Below are positions 53,640-64,000 of a stretch of 64,000 nucleotides of DNA, piece after piece. The stretch comes from Octopus sinensis (Eukaryota). The DNA is taken from contig NC_043012.1 in NCBI RefSeq assembly GCF_006345805.1, positions 15,934,001 through 15,998,000 of the forward strand, in the 5' to 3' direction. Under the pieces are notes generated by a model. The model saw only the letters and a list, made by a program, of their open reading frames with translations. It was not told the origin of the DNA and did no database searches. The position numbers and the translations under genes are program-made. Every line of letters begins with the position of its first letter. Position 1 is the stretch's first letter.

Positions 53640-56572
53640 CAGACGTATTGTCACATCGGCTCCGAAGGTAATCGTTTATTTTGATATTTATAGCCCATAT
53701 TGTGTGTACATTTTTGTAAATAAGGTGTGTAAGGCACCCAACTTTCGTTTGAGTGCTTTTCCAAGGGAGGAATTCGCCCCTAGGGGCAGTTTCAAACCTA
53801 TTTAATTTGCGTATTTTTCTTGTCGACATTAAAAAATGTCGAGAAATGTTATTGTAGAACGCTGGTCCTGTTCCTTTATGGACCAGCATTTTCCTAGACT
53901 TGAAACGCTAGGAGAAAAAAGAACTTATGCACGCACACACATTCGACAAAGACAAACCTGAGTGAACGCTGCAACCACTTGCGGTAACAGCCCTGTTACC
54001 ACCACCACCACCACTAACAACAACAACAACGAGACTACTACTGCTACCACCACCACCACCACCACCACCACCACCACACCACCACCACCACCACCACCAC
54101 GACCAACATAAATGATAAAAATGAAACTCACGCGAATACTATTAACAAAAACAACAGCAAAAAGCAGAACAACAACAAAAATGAAATTAATATTTTACCA
54201 TCTAATAGTGAAGATATTAATATAAAAGAATCAACAGCACCAGTAAATTTCGCTGACACTCTGCGTCAGAAAAAAGAAATAATAAAATTTACGAATGAAG
54301 AGTTGATAGAAACGAGAGCACTCTCTACAACCCAAGGGCAGGATTTAGTGCTGCATACACCTCAACACATAAAGGAACAAATAGAAAATAAGACAATTAT
54401 ATATAAAATTATAAGAAAAAACAAAACACAAAATGAATAGATTACAAAAACGGACATAGAAAAGTATTTAAAAAACATCATGAAAAAAAAGAATATATAA
54501 ACTGGGGTCCCCAGTTTAATACAGTGGTGGTCCGCTTCCCTAACCAGGAAGTGGCAAAAGCTCACTCTACGGAGTCTTTGCAAAATGATGAAATCATCAT
54601 GGTCCCATATTACAAAGGCCAGATAGTGAGTACAATTAGCATTAAAAATGTACCCCCCGAGATACCTAACAAATGGATAACAGGAGCGATCTGTTACCAT
54701 TTGAAAATGATAAACATATTAGAAATTGGGGTGGTAAAACAATAGTAGTGACCATCCAGATTGATGGGTCCTCTATCGAGAACCTACCTGATAGGATCCA
54801 TTTAGAAAATGGGCAAAGTCTATATGTTGTAGCAGAAGGCAAAAAGCCAAGATGCTACAACTGTGGCAGCCCAGAACATTTAATTGCAAAGTGCGCACTG
54901 ACACAGAAAAAACAAGAAAGAACAAATCAGAAAACAAATAAAAAACCTTTTTTGCCAACACCAACACACTCAATTATGGAACAATGCCAAGAAAAACAAC
55001 AAACCAGCAAACAAACTCCAACAACCTCACCAAGATAAGAAACAGCACCAACACAATCACCGTTGACGTCGCAACCAATTCAACATACTGAACCAACAAA
55101 AGATAGACCAACACCAACACCGAGGACGACAACTAAAAAGACAGAAAACAGTGACTTGAAGACAAATTCTACCCCTAACACCACAACAATACAAACACCG
55201 CACAAAAGATCAACAATTTCTACAAGCATACATATTAACGCAAATGCTTTGCCTTTACCCCCTTATGATTCGTCGGACTCGTCGTCTAACGACGAAAGTT
55301 CAACGGAATGGCAAATAGCCACAGGGGGTAAAAGGAAAAGATAAAAAAGCCCACCAAACAAGTAAGTAAAGAAGGGAGATATTTAACTCCAGACAGCTTC
55401 CCCCTAGACAATCAAAAAATCAATGAACCCGCAAAACCACACACACAACTAACAGCAATAGACACAGACAATAAAAAAACTAATGGATTACATTACATCC
55501 AACACGAACATCTGTGAAGATGACTTTAAGACAAATAATCATCCGCGCAATACACCACCGAAACACATAAGAATTGTACACATAACACAAACACAACACC
55601 ATACACTGAAAACCATATTTCCAAATGCGGTAGGGGGGTTTCAACGATACGTCTCAAAAAAACTATACAAACACCTCCACAAAGACACTACAAAAGAAGA
55701 AGAAAAAACTGAAACTTCGAAATGGGTAAGTGACCTTCCCTCTTGCCTCTTGTCTCTTCCAATGTAGTGTGTGAAACACAAATTTCTTAAACGTCAATTA
55801 TGCTTAAATTAGGTTGTGTGAATGCGCGTGGCATGGCGTCGGCTTGGAAACAAGGTTACCTTCTAAACGACATCAAGTCACTGAACGTGGATATAGTAGC
55901 TACCAGTGAAACCAGACTCAGCAAGCCGCGGGCCCTCGCGTCCTTGTTTGGCGATCAATTCGGCGGTGCTTTTTCGAAGGAGTCTAAATGTAAAAGTAAG
56001 AACAATATTCCTAGACTCGGCGGGTAGGCTGGTTGTCTTGGACGTGGATGGCAGAAATGGGTGTGCATTCCGTCTGATGGCAGTTTATGCACCGTCCTTA
56101 ACGGGTCGGGCGGATTTCTTCAGACGTCTAGTGGTTTTCCTGGCGCTTCTGTATATATTGACTCTCGAGCCGCTACTGCGGAAGCTGGCGATACTGAGGG
56201 GCATCCCACGGGAACTGGGTTGCGGGACGAGCGTGTCGGCATATGCGGACGATGTCACCGTCATAGTGTCGAGTGAAAAACACATCCAGATGATAGGCGA
56301 GACACTAAGAAAATACGAAACGGTGACGGGAGCGAATATTAACCCGGAAAAGTCAGTGGGTTTGCTACTCGGCACCTGGAGAAGCAAGCCCATGCCGTCC
56401 GACTGCGGCTCAGTAGTGGGACGCTGGACGGACGGACCGGTTAAATTGCTCGGGGTGTGGTTCAGTCCGGACCTCCAAATGGATAAGAACTGGGACGAGA
56501 TCACGAGTAGAGTGGTCGCTCTCAGCCAAACATGGGCCGAGAGAAAGCTGTCTCTAAAAGGTCGGAGAGGGT
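53640..56572 (+). mobile_element. Tx1/L1-clade LINE: 5' UTR, disrupted ORF1 with CCHC knuckle, ORF2 with large endonuclease-to-RT deletion, 3'-truncated
   Basis: CYNCGSPEHLIAKC; MLKLGCVNARG..DIVATSET; AVYAP; LLYILTLEPLL..SAYADDV; INPEKS; LSLKGR. Confidence 0.85.
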
Positions 56573-56583
56573 GAATTAATCAG

Positions 56584-56652
56584 AGAGGCTGTAGCTATTT
56601 AACTTTTAAAGGCTGAAGGGCTTTCTTTAAAAGTTAAATAGCTACAGCCTCT
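56584..56652. repeat. Perfect hairpin (28-bp arms, 13-nt loop)
   Basis: AGAGGCTGTAGCTATTTAACTTTTAAAG / CTTTAAAAGTTAAATAGCTACAGCCTCT. Confidence 0.92.
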
Positions 56653-57138
56653 TGTAAATAGCAGTAATGTGATTAATGTGGCAAATACCTAATCATATAA
56701 CAAGAATTGATACCTACCTCATTGTGTTCAACCATTGATAAATTTATCGCCTGTGAATATGAAATTCCTCTTCATTTCTCTGGAAACTTACATCTACACC
56801 ATTGGAAATTGTGCATCTATACAAAGGATTAATTCACCCTCTCTGTAATGCTAATAAGCAGGAATTGAGACCCACCTCGTTGTGATTAACAATGGATAAA
56901 TTTGTCTTCTGTGAGTATGTAATCCCTCATCATATCTCTGGAAATTCATATGTGCTCTATGGATTAGGTCACCTTCTCTGTGATGCTATTAGAACTTTTT
57001 TAAAATTCTGTGATAAGACTGTACATCATCTTTAAAGAACTTTAATGAACTTTGGAAATCTGTTTATGTTACTTAATTATCTACATTACTTCATGAGTAT
57101 AGCCTCAACCACTAGGATGTCTAGAGAACTCACATGTA

Positions 57139-57229
57139 TTTTAGCTGATGAGTACGGGACACGTTTATATGCTGTAATTTTTACAACTTTTAATAAAGCC
57201 TGTCCTTGTATGAAACGATTGTACTAAAA
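57139..57229 (+). ncRNA. Type I hammerhead ribozyme motif, canonical core
   Basis: TTTTAG-CTGATGA-GTACGGGACA...TGTCCTTGTAT-GAAACGATTGTA-CTAAAA; 6-bp stem I, long stem II, GUA site. Confidence 0.78.
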
Positions 57230-59645
57230 ACCTATCCATTCTTGTTGCTTCTTTCTCGCGTATATATATATATATGTATAAGTAAAGCAAAGTAATGCAA
57301 AAATGCAATCGATGTTGTACGAACGATCGGCTTTGAATTTATAGCGTTTCCCAAAATGGAAACAAATTTCGCTCTTCTATTTCAGTTGTGTGATTTTTAA
57401 TACTTTAATACAATTATTTTGTTTGCAGTTATATGTCTATTTTAATGTCTATAATTCATTTCTCAATTTGAAAAGAAAGTTGTGTAGAAATTATAAAAAA
57501 TACTATCTCGAATGTTCTTCGTATATGTAATTTAAAGTTTAAGATAAATTGCAAATTTATGGCACATATTTATGAAACACCATCCTTTATCTAATATTTC
57601 TTTGTGAATTGATTGGTTTGTAATTCCTTCCGATATAATATTTATATTAATAAAACCAAAGAGGAAAAAATCGGAGCCTTCTCATGTTTACAGTATAGCA
57701 ATTTGCAAGCAATGATTTTTCCCCGTTTCTCAATACCTAAACACTTCTTTAAAAGTGAAAAACAGCTTAATATCATGTTCGATCTTCTTTATCGTAATTG
57801 TTCAACTGCAAACCTCTAATCTGGAAACAAATTTAGAATGCGTGAACAAGTATGCAATAAATATATTAGGAATTCCATTTGCAGAGAATGTATTGTCGGA
57901 ATGTTTATCTAACATATACTCAGGCAATTGTTATAGAGTTACGGTATATAACTCGTAAAGTTATTATTAAAATCTATCCATAACTCGACTCTTTTATTCT
58001 TTTGATGGCTTCAACTATGCTGGGACACAGATGCAGCGCTTTTAAGGGCTTAGTCGACAATTCCAACACTGAAACATATTTTACTTAGGTACTTAATTTT
58101 ATCAGTTTGTATCACTATGTTAAGGTAAGGAACATGAAGTGACACTAAATCGACGTAGCATAATTCAGTGTGAACGTACACACACACAAACACACACACA
58201 CACACAGAGTATATGAATATTCTTTGGTTTTAAAGATGCTTCACGTGCTGCTCAATCGTCTGAATTTGATGGTCATAGAATCAGAGTGTAAGTGGCTGAG
58301 TATTCCACTGACACATATGATTTTAATGCAGTGCAAAAGCGAAACCAGCGGGACACATTATGCGAGAAATTTGAATCTTTGAATTAAGGAAACAATCCAC
58401 GTGTAGAGTTTCTGTGACTTATTCGAAAATATCAACAGGATCATAGAAATCATTTTTGAAATATTTTTGTTTCTACTCCCTTTATAATACTTCTGTAATA
58501 ATTTTGCAATTACTCGCTTTCTATAATTCCTTTAGACTCATATCTTGGCAATAAAAACATCTATCATAGCTATAGTAAGAATTATTAAACTTCCTCTTAT
58601 TTGTCAAAACTATTGCAGATTTAATTTTGCGCCAAAAGATAAACCGATCTAACAAAGACTTCTTCAGGATTTCCTTGTCTCTAACTAACCAATTTCAGTT
58701 CCGCAAATTCTTGGCTAATAATTCCCATTGGAGCTAAAAGGAAGCTTATCGGCCGAATTTAATCAAGGAAAAACTAGATGCCTTAACTACTGATGTCACA
58801 GCCACTACACATTTCACTCCCAGAAAACTTGTCGGTTGGGGACCTGTACAAAGTGTCACAGAAAATGCATGTTTTCCTGTATGTAAGAAGAGAAACATAG
58901 AAAGCAGAAATAACTAACAGATGTCGTACATGTTTAAAGGTAAGAAGAACGATGGCTGAAGAATGTAGGAAAAGAAAGAAAGGAAGAAAGGTACATACCA
59001 GAACGTGAATGCAATGGATTTTGTGAGTTTAACTCTCGCTGTGTACATATATACATATATCTACGAGTCGATAATGACAAACGTCGAAGATTGAACGAAG
59101 GCTTAAATGCACATGGTTGAACCGATTCAACTTTTAATGAGCTTTCATGTGAGAGAAGCTACAGATATAAAAAGAAAGTTGTACGCACGTTGAAAATATT
59201 ACTGCATTCTTTTCTTTGCGGTTGTATTCATTTAAGTGCGTGAATGCAAGTACAGTATAGAAGTTAAGCACTTCACGAAAGTGTAAAGGAAATAGAAAAT
59301 AGTGTATAAAAGTAAATTAAATGTCCAAAAACTGTAATTGCATGTTAAATGAAATGACAACCTTAGAAAAGAGGAAGAAAAATGAATTCAGAAATTTTTG
59401 TTGTAAGTTTTAAGCAGAAGATGTATTTTGGCGCACAAGAAATACGCTACGTAATTTGTACACATACATACATACATACATACATACTGCGTTTCAAATT
59501 ATTCAAATTATTAAAGACGTGACATCGTTTAGTTTTATTTCAAAACTACTCATTGGAATTCAACAAAATTTTCACAGAATGATAGCATCTGTAATATGCG
59601 CTCGATGTATAAAAATATATATATATATATATACATAATTATATA

Positions 59646-59717
<72 letters not shown>

Positions 59718-60944
59718 CACACACACACACACACACACATACATATATATATATATTATATGTATATACAAAATAGCAAGGTTAGAAGACTGTGGGGTTT
59801 TGACTCACGAGATATTTCCTGTACAACATACTGAAAACCAGTGCTGAAACAAAACAATTTTATCCATTTCAGTAAAGCATAGACGAAAGTTGTCTAGGAC
59901 ATGAAAATACTCTTTAAATGACTTTTCCCATATTCGTTTCTCTTTACTTCACTAATCATATTGTTAAAGCAAAACTCAAACACGTGTGCGTAGACGTGAA
60001 CTAAATTAGTAATTATTTTCCGTTAGACAATCTTTAAATAATTTTTTTCGTTGCTCTGACAAGAATATAATGTAAGACGAATGTATTATAACTTTCACAC
60101 ATTCAAAATATCTAAATTTTCTAAAGTTAAATATTTTAAATCTATTTTCCTTTTTAAATCCCCAATCACTTTTCTGTCTACAGATTTTCTTGCTTATATT
60201 TGCTACCCGATCGAATGTCCTTAACGCTTATTATTTCGATTCCTTTTTGCATATATCATATAGCCATTCCCTTTCTTCTTTCTTTATTCCACTATTTTCT
60301 TAAACTTTTCTTGTGTTAAATAAATATTTTTCACTTCTTAACGTTCTCATCTTTAACGTTTATTACTTCGAGTCCTCTTTGCACTTAGCGACGCCATTCT
60401 ATATCTTCTTTCTTTCTTTCACTCTCTTCTTAAACTCTCCTAGTGTTACATAAATATTTTTCGATTCGTTAAACATTGTCTCTTCTCTTTTCGAACTTCC
60501 AAGTTATATATTTAAATTCCTGAACCTAATGAAAGTGCACTATTTAGAGTCGTTAAGTTGCACACTATTTAGAATCTCTTACACTCTCTCCCGTTCTCTC
60601 TGGACGTACCGAAAGTTATATATTTCGAGTTTTTACACCTATGTAAAGTACACTATTTTAGAATCATCTACGATACCGTTCCCTCTCTCTTTCTCCCACC
60701 CCATTATAGAGCACCTCTTTCTCCCACCTCATTATAGACCACCTATTTCTCTCCTACATATAACGACTCCACTTGTTTCAGACTCCTTATTCCATATTCC
60801 ATCGCTCATTGAACTTTCCTTTTCTCTATCTCTTCGAAACAAATCCTTATATCGCTCTCGCAAACTCCCTACTACTCTCTCTCTCTCTCTCTTTCTCTCT
60901 GAACACTTCCTCTCTTTCTTTTTCTATTCTTTATTCAGATAAAG

Positions 60945-61225
60945 ACCAGATGTAACACCAGCCATAGATGAAGTGAGATCATGCTGCGCCACTGGTCTTG
61001 ATGGCTTTCCAGCTATTCTCCTGAAGTCATGTAAGCAGGCTTTAGCGAAGCCACTTCATATACTCTTCCAAAGTTTCCTTGCAAGTGGTATACTTTCTAA
61101 AAAATTGAAAGAAGGTATTATATGCCCTATCCACGAAGGTTGAAGCAAAGCAGAGGCCAAAAGCGACAGGCCAATATCTCCGACTTCGCATATCAGTAGA
61201 GTCATGGAGCGAATAATCAGACATG
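60945..61225 (+). mobile_element. Old CR1-group RT fragment
   Basis: Aligns by eye with 16325-16590 (ATGLDGFPAILLKSCKQALAKPL..CPIH..RPIS.TSHISRVMERIIR). Confidence 0.82.
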
Positions 61226-61339
61226 AGTTACAGACGAGGTTTGCAGAATCAAACACAATTATACATCAAATGCACCAACATCTGGGACAAAGGCACATAC
61301 AGGAGTGGCGATGTGAAACAGCCAAACTGGGGAAGTCTG

Positions 61340-61410
61340 AAAGACCATGCTGGTGCTACAACATGACCGCAGCCGCATGGCTGAAACGAGTAAAAGAGTA
61401 AAAAAGAGTA
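61340..61410 (+). mobile_element. CR1-type LINE/SINE 3' tail
   Basis: GGTGCTACAACATGACCG-CAGCC GCAT GGCTG-AAACGAGTAAAAGAGTA. Confidence 0.7.
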
Positions 61411-61445
61411 TATGTAATATATATATATATTATATATATAATATG

Positions 61446-61489
<44 letters not shown>

Positions 61490-61544
61490 TTATATATATA
61501 AATAAATAGATAGAGTTAAACGCGTGTTATTCACATTCTTTTAC

Positions 61545-61629
61545 TTCCGACACATGTTTCGAAGATATCACTGGTATTTTTCCAAAGGAATAAAATGGTG
61601 TAAAACAATGTAATTTTCTCTTCAGGGAA
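61545..61629 (-). ncRNA. Type I hammerhead ribozyme motif, canonical core
   Basis: TTCC-CTGAAGA-GAAAATTAC...GTGATATCTTC-GAAACATGTGTC-GGAA; GUC site. Confidence 0.75.
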
Positions 61630-62063
61630 ATGAAGAAATGAAACTCGTCAATAAGACATTTTGACAGAAAGAAAAACTAAATAAATGAGAGGTATATAAC
61701 TATATGTATATTAAATAAAGCCATATAGACTTGGAAAAAGTCAATATGAATGTGAAATGTAAGAAGAAAATTAATATTTAAATTATATAGAATGATAGAT
61801 ATCACTTATATGAACTAAAGGTGTGTTTCTGCCAATGTTTACATCGGTATGCACGCTCTATAACTGTGTTTACAAGGGGATTTGTAGAAAAAAGAATAAA
61901 AAATAGTTCACTATCACAGAAAAGACAGACAGAATTCCTTGCCTTTATCATAAGGTATCGAGATTGAGAGAATTAACCAATCCAAATTAAAATATTTATT
62001 GTGGTCTTTTAGATCCCAAATTATGGGGTCAGGCGATGCTCTAGACCCATTGACCAATTCAGT

Positions 62064-63678
62064 TTCTACTTTTTCAAACGTGTGTTCTACTCACGAGATA
62101 TAAACATGTGTTATATGCTGAAAAAAATTAATTAACTGAGAATATCTATGAGATAATGACTTTAGTTAAAAACCACCTCGATGGTGTGGAACGTATTCAT
62201 GATTTCTTTGATTTTCTTCCCAATTCGGTTATGTAAAAAGATTGTGAAGCTAATTTTTCAGCGATTTTACTGCAAATACTGGCTGTTTCACCATTGTTAT
62301 GATAAGGGTACCAAACGGTTATTAGAGCACTTATTTCATTTTTTATTCAGTGGCGTTTCAAAATTTATAAAGTGTAGTCTTTAAATTATTCGATTCGTGC
62401 TCTAATTACTAACGGGAGTCGCTCTCTTTAATTTGTGTATGTATTCGAAAGTCCTTATCTTTTTTGTTTCATAAGGTTCAACCAATGTTTTATGTTCATA
62501 AATTTTGATGATCAAATTAATTTTCCCCATTTCCTCGTTGATTATTCTACTTCATATATTCCACTGTACTCCATTATTACCGTTTATATTCAACTTTCTG
62601 GAAGGAATAGTTGTCATTTTCTTTGATATATTGATAGAAGCAAATAGGATTTACACAAAATAATTTTGTTCCGCAGTGTAATAAATATATCAAATAAACC
62701 AAGATTATTGTCTAACAAATTGGTAAATTGCAAGAATTAGATTAATCAAGATTGCAAGTTAAATGCATTTCTATCTTTCAATTAAGATTCAAGTGTTCCT
62801 TTGGTATTGATAAAGGTCCAAACTGACTATTGGATCTTTCAGAAGAATTCTTAGCCTTATGCTCAAATTAAAAATCAGGCAGCATCAGTTCGCATTTTGA
62901 AAACCATATTTGAAAACGTAATCTTGAGCCTTAGCATTTTTCTCCTACATTAAAATTCGATTTTCAGCTTCTTTTTGAAATTATAAAAGCCTACTTTTAT
63001 CCATTCCCAATGTTAGAAAAATAATTTTTTGTTTACATAAACGACAACTTGAATAAGATTAGGATCGTACTAAGCTCCCCTATTTTCTTGTCAAAGTGTC
63101 GGCTAAGATTAATTCACAATTCTTTTGATTTTAGCATTTTCTTTCTTTCTTTATATCTGTCTAAATACATAAATCTATATTGAGTCATATTGCATATTAT
63201 GATAATTCAAAATATAGTTTTTACATTCTAAGAAGTTAACTCAACTCTGTATCTGTCATCTTGAAGTAACTTTTTAAAAAATGTATATATTAAGCGTTAT
63301 GATTATGTTGTCATGATAAAAGCACATACTGTTTTTCAGAAAAACACGAACCACGAATCGAAGTGTACAATTCTACGTAATATAAAACGTAGCAATGGTT
63401 TAAGGTGATAAGTATTTCTAGAACGGTAGATAAATATAAACATAAATACTTGTTCGATAAACTAATATATGCTACCACTTCCCTCTGTGCTCTCTCCAAC
63501 CTCCCATAAAGATACACAGGGTCATCCCACTAGAGTTGTACTTTGGATTGCAAGCTTACAAAAATCGAGGTGGTTTTTAACTAAAGTCATTATCTCATAG
63601 ATATTCTCAGTTAATTAATTTTTTTCAGCATATAACATATGTTTATATCTCGTGAGTAGAACACACGTTTGAAAAATT
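62064..63678. repeat. ~115-bp near-identical inverted repeats (62064-62181, 63565-63678), possibly within a decayed Penelope-like element
   Basis: TTTTTCAAACGTGTGTTCTACTCACGAG...AAAAACCACCTCGA is reverse-complemented at 63565; the Penelope assignment is weak. Confidence 0.75.
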
Positions 63679-64000
63679 AGTCATATTGTTGTTCTTCACG
63701 ATCAGCATCACTGCATTCTCTCCCTCAAACCCTCTTCTTCCGATTATCTCCCCTTTTCTGTCTCTCTGCCTGGCCTCTCTCTCTCTCTCTCTCTCTCTAT
63801 CACTTCTTCTCTCTTTCTTTCTCTCTATCTTTATATATACAAGGTGGGAAAGAGAGGACTTTTTTTTTTTAAATTTCACAAAATCATTAATTTTAGCTGC
63901 AATGTGTTCATATTGAATTGGAATTTGTCAGATTCATTTCTGAAGGTGTGCTTAAAAGTGGACATCCACTTATTCCAGTATTGCTCTGTCGATTTGGGCG

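Noticed and set aside
56584-56652. Pre-miRNA
   Set aside because: A perfect stem at a transposon junction is better explained as an insertion-associated inversion; there is no expression evidence

Overview
AT-rich, microsatellite-dense eukaryotic DNA. The SINE/LINE repertoire and GPCR type point to a coleoid cephalopod, probably Octopus (inference). Only one host gene is supportable: a single coding exon of a class A peptide-receptor-like GPCR (5710..6831, minus). The rest is layered mobile DNA: CR1/L2-group LINE copies (two inverted copies bracket the GPCR), Dong/R4-type RLE retrotransposons sitting in (TAA)n tracts, Tx1/L1 relics, mariner/Tc1 relics, a short Helitron, a foldback element with an 8-bp TSD carrying telomeric repeats, and four tRNA-derived SINE families. 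The least obvious signals are (i) at least seven sequence-diverse type I hammerhead-ribozyme motifs, probably Penelope-like termini or retrozyme-like elements, (ii) a covarying 3' stem-loop shared by LINEs and SINEs, and (iii) a 489-bp unit arranged head-to-tail and then inverted. Boundaries of degenerate repeats are approximate, and all calls were made by eye without database searches.
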